From an uncultured Lachnospiraceae bacterium (lineage in GTDB: Bacteria; Bacillota; Clostridia; Lachnospirales; Lachnospiraceae), in NCBI GenBank assembly GCA_949132985.1, contig CASCGD010000003.1:1147-65146 (forward strand): 64,000 nucleotides of DNA, written 5' to 3'. The notes under the pieces were generated by a model. The model saw only the letters and a program-made list of their open reading frames with translations. It did not search any database and was not told the DNA's origin. The translations under genes were made by a program, and so were the position numbers. Positions 18,628 through 29,411 of the stretch are shown in pieces. Positions within the stretch are counted from its first letter, which is position 1; every line of letters starts with the position of its first letter.

Positions 18628-20500
18628 CTGGCGCACGCTGGCATTTATGAGCGGGCTGACTGAGACGCTGCGCCCGAAAAAAGAGCTTACGATCAGCCAG
18701 TGGGCGGAAGAGAATATGGTGTTTTCGGTAGGCACAAATGAACCGGGGCAGTATACGGTGGATGCGGCACCGTACCAGGGCCAGATTATGGATGCAATCG
18801 TTGATCCGGAAGTGGTCGAGGTGATAGTCATGAGCTCGGCGCAGATTGGAAAGACAACGATAGAGATGTGCAGCATGGGGTATTATATCTGCCACGAGCC
18901 GGTGATGATGATGCTTGTCATGCCAACGATTGATGATGCGGAAAGATTCAGTAAGTTGAAGCTTGCGCCTATGATCAGGGATGTGAGAGCCCTTCGCGAG
19001 AAAATATCAAAAGCAAAGACGAGGGATTCCAGCAATACGCTGTTGCTGAAAAGCTATCCGGGAGGCAGTCTGGTCATATCGGGTGCGAACTCACCGTCTT
19101 CCCTGTCTATGCTCTCGGTGCAGGTTGTATTGATGGATGAGATCGACCGCTACCCGGAATCAGCCGGGAGCGAAGGAAACCCGATCCGGCTTGCGGAAAA
19201 GCGTGCTACAAGCTACTGGAATAAAAAGTATGTCAAACTGTCAACGCCGACCATTGCAGGGAAAAGCAATATCGAGGAGGAGTACGAAAAAGGCTCGATG
19301 GAGCAGTGGTGCGTGAAATGCCCGGAATGCGGGCATTTCCAGCCCTATGACTTCGAACGGCTGAATTTTGAAACCGTGTCCATGGCATGCGAACACTGTG
19401 GATGCCTGGTTCCGGAGCAGGCATGGAAGGAGTCAGAGCACGCGTGGATCGCGCAGCACCCGAAGCGGAAGAAGCGGCGCAGCTTCCACATTAACGAAAT
19501 GGCAAGCCCGTTTGTGGAATGGCAGGAGATTATAGATGCGCACCAGTATGCGTATAAGCGGATGAAGGAAAAGCACGATCCGCGGGATATGATTGTATTT
19601 ACCAATACGCGGCTTGGGAAAACATGGGACGAAACGCTCATGGACACAGATGTGATCGACAAGAGTGCCATCGAAAAACGTGCTGAATTTTACGGCGCAG
19701 ACATCCCAGAGGGCGTCCTGATGCTGACAGCCGCAGTCGATGTACAAAAAGACTGGCTGGAGGTGGAGGTGCGCGGCTGGGCGCGGAACTATGAGACATG
19801 GGGCATATACCGGGAAAAATTTTACGGCGATCTGATCAAGGACGAGCCGTGGGACCGGGTGGAAGCTTATCTTGACCAGACGTTTGCATTTGCGGACGGC
19901 CGCAGGCTCGGGATTGCGGGGTACGCGGTCGATACGGGCGGCTGCCACACAAACAAGGTTTATAAGTGGACAAAGGCCCAGAAAAAGCGGGGAAAGAAGT
20001 GCTATGCCATCAAGGGCTATGCGGGAAAGCCGGATATTCCCCTCATCCACAACAAGCGCGTTGTTGACATCAAAGAGGAGAGGGGCAAAAAGACCGTGGT
20101 TGTGGATAGGACGATGCTACAGATCATCGGTGTGGACTCCGGCAAGGAGGATATCACGAACCGCCTGAAAATTACGGAGCCGGGCGAAGGCTACTGCCAT
20201 TTTCCGGCAGACGAAGGCAGGGGTTACGACCACGACTATTATGAAGGGCTTACGAGCGAACATAAGATCGAAAAAAATGTGAGAGGCGTCATAAAGACGG
20301 CGTGGGTGAAAAAGAGTTCCGGCGCGAGAAACGAGCCGTTCGACCTGTTTAATTATAATTATGCAGCTGTCGAACTGATAAACCCGAAATGGGATGTCCT
20401 GGAAGAAAAGCTGGAGCGCGGGATCAATTACACGCAGCCGCACGCAGGGGCAAAAAAACGGGCGCGCGGGACGGTTGGAGGAATTGAGGTGTATAGATGA
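18602..20500 (+). CDS. Terminase large subunit (lambda GpA family)
   Basis: SAQIGKT Walker A, LMDEIDRY Walker B, STPT, CPECG, AAVDVQ, RNEPFD. Confidence 0.95.
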   Translation: MKMGKTEVNWRTLAFMSGLTETLRPKKELTISQWAEENMVFSVGTNEPGQYTVDAAPYQGQIMDAIVDPEVVEVIVMSSAQIGKTTIEMCSMGYYICHEPVMMMLVMPTIDDAERFSKLKLAPMIRDVRALREKISKAKTRDSSNTLLLKSYPGGSLVISGANSPSSLSMLSVQVVLMDEIDRYPESAGSEGNPIRLAEKRATSYWNKKYVKLSTPTIAGKSNIEEEYEKGSMEQWCVKCPECGHFQPYDFERLNFETVSMACEHCGCLVPEQAWKESEHAWIAQHPKRKKRRSFHINEMASPFVEWQEIIDAHQYAYKRMKEKHDPRDMIVFTNTRLGKTWDETLMDTDVIDKSAIEKRAEFYGADIPEGVLMLTAAVDVQKDWLEVEVRGWARNYETWGIYREKFYGDLIKDEPWDRVEAYLDQTFAFADGRRLGIAGYAVDTGGCHTNKVYKWTKAQKKRGKKCYAIKGYAGKPDIPLIHNKRVVDIKEERGKKTVVVDRTMLQIIGVDSGKEDITNRLKITEPGEGYCHFPADEGRGYDHDYYEGLTSEHKIEKNVRGVIKTAWVKKSSGARNEPFDLFNYNYAAVELINPKWDVLEEKLERGINYTQPHAGAKKRARGTVGGIEVYR

Positions 20501-20733
20501 GAGTGATTATAAAAAACGAAAAGCAGCTGAGGCAGGCGAAGGAGGATTACGAGGCGCTGCATAAGGCGTGGCGGAAAACCCTGCTTGCGCAGAGCTATTC
20601 GGAGAGCTCAAACCAGCTGACGCGGGCAAGTCTGAAAGAGCTCCGCGCAGAGATGGCGGATTATGAAGCTGCGATTGCTGCTTATGAGTCGCGCGGGAAC
20701 CGCAGGAGCGTCCGAGCCGTGCCACTGGATTGA
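20497..20733 (+). CDS. Head-tail joining protein (gpW-like)
   Basis: QSYS...LTRASLKEL; lies between TerL and portal. Confidence 0.75.
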   Translation: MRVIIKNEKQLRQAKEDYEALHKAWRKTLLAQSYSESSNQLTRASLKELRAEMADYEAAIAAYESRGNRRSVRAVPLD

Positions 20734-20782
20734 GGGGCGCGCCCGAGAACGGGCGCTGTATTAATTTTTGGAGGAAAGCGCG

Positions 20783-22420
20783 ATGGGATTCAAAGACATT
20801 ATGGAGCAGGCGCGGCTAAAGCGTGATCTGAAGCAGGAGCAGACAAAAAACCAGCTTGCCAGAACGCGGGCGAATACCGCGGCGCTTGAGATGCAGGCGG
20901 ACGCGATCGAGCAGTACAGAAATTCGGGCTACTCAAATGGCGGGGCATCCAGAACGGCCACATGGGCGGAAAAATACCATTCACACAGCCTTTCGGCGAA
21001 AAGCGATATTGAGGAAAACCGGAAGACGCTGCGGGAAAGGACACGCGATCTCTCGATGAACGCACCGCTCGCAACGGCAGCGGTAGTCAGTACGCGGACG
21101 AACTGTGTCGGCTCCGGGCTTGTGCCGAAGCCAAAAATCAATTACGGGCTGTTGGGAATTGAAAAAGAGGCGGCGGAGGAGCTGCAGACAAAAATCAAAA
21201 ATGAATTTGCACTGTGGGCCGAGAGTACGCTCTGCGATGCGAGTGACCAGAACAATTTTTACGAGCTTCAGCAGATCGCTTTCCTTGACTGGCTGAAAAA
21301 CGGCGAGGAGTTTGCGCTGATCCGTTACGATGAGGAGCTTCCTTACATGCCTTACCGTCTCAGGATAAAGCTTGTCGAGGCCGACAGGGTGTGCGTGGAA
21401 GAAAGCTTCGGGGAGTATGATGGGTGTGACAGGCAGTTAAAAAACGGAAACACCGTCATGAACGGCATAGAAATTGACCCGGGCGGGAAGGTGGTTGCCT
21501 ATCATATATGTTCCGTGCATCCGGGGGAGTACACGGCAAAAAAGCTGGAATGGACGCGAGTTGAGAAACGGGGAAAGAAGACGGGCAACCCGAACGTGCT
21601 GCACATTTTTAACGCGGAACGCGCGGAGCAGTACCGGGGTGTGCCATTTTTAGCGCCGGTCATTGAGACGATCAAGCAGCTTTCACGTTATACGGAAGCA
21701 GAAATTATGGCGGCGGTTTTAAATGCAATGCTCGCAATTTTTATTACAAGTAAATCCGGGGAAGAGGTTGGCGGGTACGAAGGAGTGGTAGAAGGCGAAG
21801 ATCGGAGGGGTGGCGAGGGAAAGGCCGAGATCGGGGCAGGAACACTCACGTATCTCGGGGAGGGCGAAGATGTCAAGCCGGTCGAGTCAAAGCATCCGTC
21901 CGGGAATTACGATGCCTTTGTGCGGGCGATGTCAATGCAGATTGGCGCAGCACTTGAAATTGCACCGGAAATTCTCCTGAAAAAATTCGGGCAGAATTTT
22001 TCGGCATCAAAAGGCGCGTTAAACGAAACGTGGAAAGCGTACTCCATGCGAAGGAAGTGGTTTGTTAATGATTTCTGCCAGGAGGTATACGGCCTGTGGT
22101 TTGCGGAGGCCGTGAGCAAGGGCAGGATCGACGCGCCGGGGTTTTTCGAGGACCCGATTATACGAAAGGCTTATACGAGGGCAACGTGGAACGGTCCCGC
22201 ACAGGGGAATTTAGATCCTGTGAAGGAGGTCAGTGCATCCGTGAAGCGGATTGAAAACGGTCTTTCGACGCGCGAGGACGAATGCGCGATGATCAATGGC
22301 AGCGATTACGAAGACAATGTGCGCACGCTGATCGGGGAAAATGAGAAGCTGGCGGAGGCAAACAAAAAGGGAGGAAAGAATGAAAACAATAAAGGTAAAA
22401 GGGCCGATCGTATCAAATAA
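20783..22420 (+). CDS. Portal protein, lambda family
   Basis: LRERTRDL..N, QYRGVP.LAP, NFSAS, DPVKE. Confidence 0.95.
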   Translation: MGFKDIMEQARLKRDLKQEQTKNQLARTRANTAALEMQADAIEQYRNSGYSNGGASRTATWAEKYHSHSLSAKSDIEENRKTLRERTRDLSMNAPLATAAVVSTRTNCVGSGLVPKPKINYGLLGIEKEAAEELQTKIKNEFALWAESTLCDASDQNNFYELQQIAFLDWLKNGEEFALIRYDEELPYMPYRLRIKLVEADRVCVEESFGEYDGCDRQLKNGNTVMNGIEIDPGGKVVAYHICSVHPGEYTAKKLEWTRVEKRGKKTGNPNVLHIFNAERAEQYRGVPFLAPVIETIKQLSRYTEAEIMAAVLNAMLAIFITSKSGEEVGGYEGVVEGEDRRGGEGKAEIGAGTLTYLGEGEDVKPVESKHPSGNYDAFVRAMSMQIGAALEIAPEILLKKFGQNFSASKGALNETWKAYSMRRKWFVNDFCQEVYGLWFAEAVSKGRIDAPGFFEDPIIRKAYTRATWNGPAQGNLDPVKEVSASVKRIENGLSTREDECAMINGSDYEDNVRTLIGENEKLAEANKKGGKNENNKGKRADRIK

Positions 22421-23474
22421 TACGGCGGTTTTTTACAAATGGGTCGGCTGGGACTGTTGTTCGCCTGGAATGATCGCGGAGGCGCTGGAGGATGCGGCAG
22501 GCGAAGATGTGGTGGTGGAAATCAATTCGCAGGGCGGCGTGTGTGTGAGCGGTTATGAGATTTATACGGCGCTTAAGGGTTACAGCGGAAATGTGACCGC
22601 ACATGTCATCTATGCGGCGTCTGCGGCGACACTGATCGCCTGCGCGGCAGACAAGGCGTTGATTTCCGATGCAGGTATTTACATGATCCATAATACACAG
22701 TCATACGCAGAAGGGGATTACCGGGACATGGACGAGAGCGGGGATTCCCTGCGGCAGTTTAACGAAGGCCTGTTAAATGTGTATGAGAAAAAAACCGGAA
22801 TGAGCCGCAAAGAGATTCAGCGCCTTATGGATGATAATACCTATATGGGTCCGCAGCGTGCGATTGAATACGGTTTTATCGATGGTTATATTTTTGACCG
22901 GGAGCCAGAGGGAAATCTGGTGCAGACGGTCGTTGCGGCGGAGATCCCGATTATGCCGGAGCGCATTGCGAAAGAGATCATGGCAATGTATAAGAATCAA
23001 ACAACCGCGCCGACGCGACAGGAAACCAATTTGCAGGACGCGGCAGAGGAGCCGCAGGAAAAGGAAGGAGAGGTAATTATGACACTTGAGGAATTTGCAA
23101 ACCAGAGCGACGAGGCGCGCGCAGAGCTGGAAGAATTGAAGCGCACGATGCGGGAGCAGGGGGTGACAAGCGAGCGCGAACGCATGAAAGCGCTTGACGC
23201 GCTCGAAGGAGCTGTGCTCGGAGATGATATCAGGGAGGCAAAATACGGGGAGCATCCGATCGATGCGCCAGCGCTTGCCTACCAGTCGGCAATGAAAAGC
23301 CGGAAGGCGGCAGCAGGATACATGGAGGATGCGGTTGCAGACGCGAAAAACTCCGGTGCGGAAGATGTGGGTATCGGTGATGCGGATGCAGGAGAGGATA
23401 AAACGGATGAGTCTGACGGGATGGCGGCGTATGTGAACAAAAAGAGAGGAGGCTGGAATGGGGCTGTTAAATAA
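22380..23474 (+). CDS. ClpP-type head maturation protease with scaffold tail
   Basis: INSQGG, AASAA, YMIHN, GFID. Confidence 0.92.
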   Translation: MKTIKVKGPIVSNNTAVFYKWVGWDCCSPGMIAEALEDAAGEDVVVEINSQGGVCVSGYEIYTALKGYSGNVTAHVIYAASAATLIACAADKALISDAGIYMIHNTQSYAEGDYRDMDESGDSLRQFNEGLLNVYEKKTGMSRKEIQRLMDDNTYMGPQRAIEYGFIDGYIFDREPEGNLVQTVVAAEIPIMPERIAKEIMAMYKNQTTAPTRQETNLQDAAEEPQEKEGEVIMTLEEFANQSDEARAELEELKRTMREQGVTSERERMKALDALEGAVLGDDIREAKYGEHPIDAPALAYQSAMKSRKAAAGYMEDAVADAKNSGAEDVGIGDADAGEDKTDESDGMAAYVNKKRGGWNGAVK

Positions 23475-23811
23475 GAATAGTTACAAGGTAGAGGCGGATC
23501 ACCTGATTTATGATACCACGCATCCGGTAGACGCGAAGAATGTGCAGGTGTTGATTACGCCAATGGATGCGGGCGTGATTGAAAGAGGGCAGATCATTGA
23601 TGTGTCAGAAGGCACATACACGCTGCACGAGGAATCCGGCACACCGAGTTGTATCGCGGCGGAAAACGTGACGTATACAGAGGATGACACGGACGTGATC
23701 GTCCCGTGCTATATCACGGGCGCGTTCCACGCCAAAAGAGTCATCGCATCGCCGGAGCTGACAGAAACAGATGTGGAAACGCTGCGGGAAAAAGGCATCA
23801 TTTTAAAGTAG
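23458..23811 (+). CDS. Head decoration protein (gpD-like)
   Basis: Position; ends LREKGIILK. Confidence 0.75.
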   Translation: MGLLNKNSYKVEADHLIYDTTHPVDAKNVQVLITPMDAGVIERGQIIDVSEGTYTLHEESGTPSCIAAENVTYTEDDTDVIVPCYITGAFHAKRVIASPELTETDVETLREKGIILK

Positions 23812-23823
23812 GAGGGAAGAAAA

Positions 23824-25125
23824 GTGGTTACGGAGACTTATAAACTGATCAATGCGATCAAAAAGATGTATCCGGTTGTTACGTTCTTCAAGGACAGATA
23901 CTTCCCGGATGCAAGGGTTTTCTATTCGCAGAAAGTGCTTATAGAAATGAAAAAGAAGGGGCGCAAGGTAGCACCGTTTGTCGTCCCGATTGTTGGTGGC
24001 ATCCCGGTAAAAAGCGAAGGTTACTGGGCTGACGAACTGACCGCGCCCTTTATCGCGCCGAAAATGGAAATTACGGCCGAAGAGCTTGAAAAGAAGGCAT
24101 TTGGCGAATCACCGGAAACAGACCGCAGACCGGAAGACCGGGAGAATGAGATCGAGGCAGAGCATATGGACGATATGCGCAAATCGATCCTCCGCAGGCT
24201 GGAGCTTATGAGCACAGAGATTATCCTGACGGGAGGCGTCGTGATGAAGCATTATGCGACCGCGGAGGACGCGGCAAATGATGTCCGTTATGACTTGAAG
24301 CAGTTCCGGTATTATGAAGGGGAATTTAAAAACAGATACCGGTTTGCGAAGGATTTCAGGACAATGACAGCGCAGGAACGTGTTATGGAGTTTTACAAGA
24401 TCGCGGCGATCCTGCGCAAAAGAGGAGTCCGTGCGACGGATATCGTTATGACGAGCGACGTGTCGATGCTCCTCGTGACAGATCCTGATTTTCTGGATTA
24501 TTATGACAAAAAGAGTGTCCAGACCGGAACGATTGACCAGGTGGAACTCCCGGAGGGTGTTGCGAGGAATGGGACAATCAATATCAATGGTGTCGTGATG
24601 ACCATGTATACCTATGACTGCGAGTATGAGGATCTCGACGGGGCGGCAAAGCCGTTTCTTCCTGCAGGAACGATCGCGTTCTTAAAACCGGGAATCGGAG
24701 AGACGGTTTACGGGCAGGTGACGTTTGTGAAAGGTTCCAGGCATGTGTCCTATGCGGAGAAAATCGTGCCGAGGGCATATGCCGACGAGAAAAACAACAT
24801 CCTTGAGGTGCAGGAGTTTTCGAGGCCGGTGCCGTATCCGTTTGACCCGGAATCATGGATCGTCTGCAATATTTATGATGGGCCCGCGGATTCTTCACCG
24901 GATAGTGGACGGGAAGGCGGAACAACGGGTGAAGCGGACGTGGCGCAGTACGCGTTAGAGCCGGACGGTGTGGAGACGAAATCGGAAGCCGAGATCATGG
25001 CGATGACGCGGAAGGCGGATGTGATCGCTTACGCGGAGTCCATCGGCCTTACAGGGCTTACGGAAGATATGAAGCTTGATGAGCTGAAGGCGGCGACACT
25101 GCAGCATCAGAATGAAATCTACTAA
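23824..25125 (+). CDS. Major capsid protein (lambda gpE family) with C-terminal extension
   Basis: FFKDRYFP, KVAPFV, RRLELM, SRPVP. Confidence 0.92.
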   Translation: MVTETYKLINAIKKMYPVVTFFKDRYFPDARVFYSQKVLIEMKKKGRKVAPFVVPIVGGIPVKSEGYWADELTAPFIAPKMEITAEELEKKAFGESPETDRRPEDRENEIEAEHMDDMRKSILRRLELMSTEIILTGGVVMKHYATAEDAANDVRYDLKQFRYYEGEFKNRYRFAKDFRTMTAQERVMEFYKIAAILRKRGVRATDIVMTSDVSMLLVTDPDFLDYYDKKSVQTGTIDQVELPEGVARNGTININGVVMTMYTYDCEYEDLDGAAKPFLPAGTIAFLKPGIGETVYGQVTFVKGSRHVSYAEKIVPRAYADEKNNILEVQEFSRPVPYPFDPESWIVCNIYDGPADSSPDSGREGGTTGEADVAQYALEPDGVETKSEAEIMAMTRKADVIAYAESIGLTGLTEDMKLDELKAATLQHQNEIY

Positions 25126-25143
25126 GAGTAGGGGGAGACAGTT

Positions 25144-25314
25144 ATGTTCATTGCAAAAGGCACGGTTATCGTAAATGGAAAAGAATTTGGGAAAGGGCAG
25201 GCTGTTAAAGGCCTGTCCAAAACGGATATTAAGTGGATGAAGAAGCGCGGGTTTATCGAGGATGTTCCCGATGAGGAAAAGCCGGCGAAGGAGGAGATAA
25301 AAGCAAAAAAATGA
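25144..25314 (+). CDS. Small head-associated protein (gpFI position, 56 aa)
   Basis: GGGGGAG RBS; ATGA overlap with the next gene; hand-translated. Confidence 0.6.
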   Translation: MFIAKGTVIVNGKEFGKGQAVKGLSKTDIKWMKKRGFIEDVPDEEKPAKEEIKAKK

Positions 25315-25667
25315 CATTTCGGGAAGCATACGGCGAGGACTTGAAGGATGTATTTTTTGATCCGGAGGAATTTGGCAGTGAGCACACGATTGACGGAGTG
25401 GCGTTGACAGTCGTGCTAAAGGAAGCTGACTTTGAGAGCGGAGGCCGGGGGTCTGAGCTGAAAAACGCATTCAATCCGAAGGAATCGGCGGTCAATAAAA
25501 AAACGCTTGTGCTCTGCATCCGGGAAGAGGATGTAGAAGAGAAGCTGGAGCGGAAAAAACTGACCGTAAACGCAATGATTGAAGTAGACGGAAAGAAAAT
25601 GTTTATCCACAGCGTCAGCCATATGATGGAAATGTACAGGCTGGTTGTGGGACAGCACGGGGTATAA
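25311..25667 (+). CDS. Head closure protein
   Basis: DL..VFF.PEEF...HTIDG. Confidence 0.75.
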   Translation: MTFREAYGEDLKDVFFDPEEFGSEHTIDGVALTVVLKEADFESGGRGSELKNAFNPKESAVNKKTLVLCIREEDVEEKLERKKLTVNAMIEVDGKKMFIHSVSHMMEMYRLVVGQHGV

Positions 25668-25675
25668 GAGGAATA

Positions 25676-26287
25676 ATGGAAGAATCGTATTTAACGGTCG
25701 ATGTGGTGGACCATGTATTAAAAACAGCATTAAAGAAGATGGGGAGCGAGTCGGGCGTAGTGCTTTCAAGAGCTTCCAATCGTGCGGCTACTGCGGCAAA
25801 TACGGAAATCAAGAAGAGAACTGCGGAGCTTTTTATCGTTAGACAGCGTGATATACAAGAGGCTCTTTGGACACGAAAGGCGACAGTGGCGCGGCCACAG
25901 GCACAGCTGCGGTACAAGTCCAAGAAAAAGAACCTGTATGAGTGGCGCGCAGGCGGAAGCGGGGCTGTTACTCCGCAAAGAATCGTGTCGCACACGGGAA
26001 GGAGGCCAAACCCGAACGTGTATAAGGCGGGGATCAAGCGCGGGGAGGGGAAAAAACCGTATGGTCGCGCCCCAAAAGCGTTTGTCCAAAGGATGCCGCG
26101 CAACGGAGGCATTATCTTTGTCAGAAGAGAACACAACTTTTCGCGCAGTAAACTAAAAGCCATCCAGGCGCCGGCACTTACGCAAGTCATGGCTGCCAGA
26201 AAAATCATGGAGCCGGCAACGGGCAGGGCAAATGAAATATTCTGCAAGAGACTTGATGCGGAGCTTGATTATTTGCTGAAATCATAA
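25676..26287 (+). CDS. Minor tail protein (gpZ-like)
   Basis: Basic; RASNRA...KAFV; position. Confidence 0.75.
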   Translation: MEESYLTVDVVDHVLKTALKKMGSESGVVLSRASNRAATAANTEIKKRTAELFIVRQRDIQEALWTRKATVARPQAQLRYKSKKKNLYEWRAGGSGAVTPQRIVSHTGRRPNPNVYKAGIKRGEGKKPYGRAPKAFVQRMPRNGGIIFVRREHNFSRSKLKAIQAPALTQVMAARKIMEPATGRANEIFCKRLDAELDYLLKS

Positions 26288-26297
26288 GGAGGGGACA

Positions 26298-26768
26298 GTG
26301 ACAGATTTAAAATTGCAGGAGGTACTTGTTGGAGAGATCCGAAGCCTTCTGCAAAACCAGAGCCTGAAAAAGCTGGACGGCACTGCCTGGAAGGACCTAA
26401 ACGTCTACCAGCAGGAAAAACCGTACAAGGACGATGAGGACGACGCCGCCCAGGAGGATTATATCATCGTCATGCTCGGCGATGAGGATCTTGGGGAGGA
26501 CAGGCGCTGGAAGGTGGATGTGCATATGATCATGAGCATTTGCCTTTATGAGAATGCGCATCAGGGCAACATGATCCTTGCGAACCTCATGAACCAGATT
26601 TTCATGCATCTGCAGCGGAAAGGCATCATAGGGGATATATTCGGGATGGAGCCGGAGGCGTACAAGCGGTTCAATCATGAGTGCTATCCCAACTATTATG
26701 AATGCGACCTGATTACCGTCTGGAAGCTTCCGGAAGTTGAGCGGGAATCATCGGAGGATTTTATATGA
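26298..26768 (+). CDS. Tail completion/terminator protein
   Basis: Position; acidic 156 aa. Confidence 0.6.
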   Translation: MTDLKLQEVLVGEIRSLLQNQSLKKLDGTAWKDLNVYQQEKPYKDDEDDAAQEDYIIVMLGDEDLGEDRRWKVDVHMIMSICLYENAHQGNMILANLMNQIFMHLQRKGIIGDIFGMEPEAYKRFNHECYPNYYECDLITVWKLPEVERESSEDFI

Positions 26769-26998
26769 AGCAGATTGCATACATCGGCCCGACCATCCGC
26801 GGGCTTGTAAAGAAAAACCAGATTTTTACGTATGAGCCAAAAGCGATTATGGAAAAGGCGGGACGCTTGTCCATGTACACGGGATATCTGTTCGTGCGCA
26901 TGGATGACATTGTAAGTAAGAGGAAAGAGTTGCGGGAGCAGGGAACATTATTAAACATTTCGTACAAAATTGTACAGAAGGAGGCGGGAAATGTCTGA
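26765..26998 (+). CDS. Small tail-associated protein
   Basis: YIGPTI motif, immediately before sheath. Confidence 0.6.
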   Translation: MKQIAYIGPTIRGLVKKNQIFTYEPKAIMEKAGRLSMYTGYLFVRMDDIVSKRKELREQGTLLNISYKIVQKEAGNV

Positions 26999-28448
26999 TT
27001 ATAAGCATCGGATAGAGACGGACCGGGATGCGGCGATTGCGGCAAGTCCGGTCACAGGGAGCTATAATGTGCAGGTTGTTGTAGGGACTGCGCCGGTCAA
27101 TCAATCGAAACATATGGAAGAAGCCGTGAACCGTCCCGTCCTTGTCAGGAGCATGAAGGACGTGACTGAATATTTTGGGTGGAGCGACGATTACGGGAAA
27201 TATACGCTCATGCAGGCGGCGCATATGTCGTTCAAGTCGTTCCCAGTGGCGCCGGTTGTCATGATCAATGTGCTTGACCCGTCAAAAACGGAGCATACGG
27301 CAGCAGTGGCGGGAAAGGAAATCGCGCTTGTAAAGGGCAGCGCTCTCGTTGAGGACGACGGGATACTCGCTGACACGATTGTCATTACGGCGGGTGATGC
27401 GGAGGCTGAAAAGGATACGGATTACGCGGCGACGGTCAGTGCGGCAGGGGTAGTGATCGCGGCGCTTCCCGAGGGAAAACTGGAAGGCGCTCAAAAAGTA
27501 ATGGTTGGGTATCAAAAACTGAAGCCCGAAGGGGTTGTGCCGGAGGATATTGTCGGCGGGCTTGATGAGAACGGTGTTCGAAAAGGAATCGAGCTGATCG
27601 ATGAGGTATACGCAAAGCTTGGCGTTCTGCCGGGCGTGCTGACGGCACCGGGATTTTCCGGGAACCCGATGGTTGCCATGGCATTAGAAGCAAAGGCGGA
27701 GCTTGCCGGGGACTTTTCAAACGCGATGGCGGTTGTGGATATCGATACGGATACAGCGACAAAAATCACAGACGTTGCGGCGGCAAAAGAAGTGCTTGGC
27801 GCGAAGTCAAGATGGGTTGTTGCATGCTGGCCGAAAGTTCTGGTGTCCGGGAAGGTGATTGCAATGTCGTCCGCGGTATCGGCGTTATTGCAGTACACAT
27901 GCATCAAAAATAATAATATCCCGTGCGAATCCCCGGATAACCTGAGCATCGGGATTGATGGGCTTGTCCTTTCGGACGGCACGGAGCTCAACATCACACA
28001 GGCGCAGGTAAATGACTACCTGAACAAAATCGGCGTTGTGTCGTGCATCTATATGAACGGCTGGAAGTGCTGGGGAAACAACACGACCGCGTACCCGGAT
28101 GAGACCGCGCCGAACAGCCGCTTCATTAAAAACGTGCTGATTGCGAACTATCTGGAAAACCGTTTCAAGGTCGACCACTTATCGAAGCTCGGGAGGACGG
28201 CGACGATGAAGCGGATCGAGGCGATTGTTACGGAGTTTAACGCGCTGATCGGCACGCTTGTACCGGACTATCTTGCGGGCGGGGAGGTTGTTTTTGACAA
28301 GGAGGATAACCCGATCTGGAAATTGCAGGAGGGGCATCTGACCTTCCGGACAAAATATGCGGATTATACGCCGATTGAGTATATTCTGAATAAATTTACA
28401 TGGGATTCCACGATTCTGGAGGACGCACTGACAGGAGGTGAAGCATAA
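26991..28448 (+). CDS. Tail sheath protein
   Basis: VVVGTAPV, APGFS, CWP, ESP.N, GWKCWGNNT. Confidence 0.93.
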   Translation: MSDYKHRIETDRDAAIAASPVTGSYNVQVVVGTAPVNQSKHMEEAVNRPVLVRSMKDVTEYFGWSDDYGKYTLMQAAHMSFKSFPVAPVVMINVLDPSKTEHTAAVAGKEIALVKGSALVEDDGILADTIVITAGDAEAEKDTDYAATVSAAGVVIAALPEGKLEGAQKVMVGYQKLKPEGVVPEDIVGGLDENGVRKGIELIDEVYAKLGVLPGVLTAPGFSGNPMVAMALEAKAELAGDFSNAMAVVDIDTDTATKITDVAAAKEVLGAKSRWVVACWPKVLVSGKVIAMSSAVSALLQYTCIKNNNIPCESPDNLSIGIDGLVLSDGTELNITQAQVNDYLNKIGVVSCIYMNGWKCWGNNTTAYPDETAPNSRFIKNVLIANYLENRFKVDHLSKLGRTATMKRIEAIVTEFNALIGTLVPDYLAGGEVVFDKEDNPIWKLQEGHLTFRTKYADYTPIEYILNKFTWDSTILEDALTGGEA

Positions 28449-29005
28449 TGGCAGGCACAAATACAATGCCGGTTACAAATCTGATACCTGATAAAATCGG
28501 GCGGTATAACGCGTATGTCGGAGATACGGATGTAGCGAACAAGCTGATCGGGATTACGGCGGAGATGACGCTCCCGACGTTTACGTATATGTCGGAAGAG
28601 CTGAATCTTTCAGGAACGGGAGGGAAGATCGATTCCCCGGCTGACGGGCAGCTCGAGAGTGCGCAAATCGACATTCCGTTCACGAATATTTCCGAACAGG
28701 CGCTGGCCCTTGCGGCGAACGATGACAAGGCTTTGATTCTGCGGGCAGAACAGGAATTTATGGACAGGACCACTTACGCAAAGGTGAAAAAGCCGAGGGT
28801 CATTACCATCCGGGGGCTGACAAAGGAGATTAATTTTGGCTCGCTGAAAAAGGCGGGGTTCGGAAACCCTTCTATCAAAAAGGAAATTTTATATTACAAG
28901 GAAGTCGTTGACGGCGTGACGGTGTTTGAGATCGACAAACTCAACGGGTCGCCGTTTATTATCAACGGCGTGAACAAGGCGGCTGAAACGGACAGCATGA
29001 TTTAA
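28448..29005 (+). CDS. Tail tube protein (P2 FII family)
   Basis: LIG..E.TLP; YYK..VDG...FEIDKLN. Confidence 0.88.
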   Translation: MAGTNTMPVTNLIPDKIGRYNAYVGDTDVANKLIGITAEMTLPTFTYMSEELNLSGTGGKIDSPADGQLESAQIDIPFTNISEQALALAANDDKALILRAEQEFMDRTTYAKVKKPRVITIRGLTKEINFGSLKKAGFGNPSIKKEILYYKEVVDGVTVFEIDKLNGSPFIINGVNKAAETDSMI

Positions 29006-29015
29006 GGAGGGCAAA

Positions 29016-29411
29016 ATGGGCGAGGAAAAGAATATGATGGTTACAGACGGCGAGGCGGCAGAGAATGCGGCGCTCATGGCGGAGGCGGACAGCGCATCGG
29101 GCGGCGAGCGGCCAGAGATGCGCATCCCGTATGTCGTGAAATTAAGCCGCGCATACGATCTGGACGGAAAAAGCATCAACACGGTGGATCTGACAGGGCT
29201 TGATGAGCTGACGACGATGGACGCGCAGGAGGTGGACGAGATCGTGAGCAGGATCGGGCACAGGACGAGAAATAAATGGGCGGACACGCTCTACACAAAG
29301 CACGTCGCAGTAAAGGCGAGCGGGCTTCCGGTGGAGTTTTTCAACCGGCTCCGCTGGAACGATATGAATGAGATCACAAATGTGGTGGCGCTGTATTTTT
29401 TATTAAGATAA
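29016..29411 (+). CDS. Tail assembly chaperone; -1 frameshift extension to 29596
   Basis: T TTT TTA slippery site at 29396-29402; -1 frame open to TGA 29594-29596. Confidence 0.85.
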   Translation: MGEEKNMMVTDGEAAENAALMAEADSASGGERPEMRIPYVVKLSRAYDLDGKSINTVDLTGLDELTTMDAQEVDEIVSRIGHRTRNKWADTLYTKHVAVKASGLPVEFFNRLRWNDMNEITNVVALYFLLR

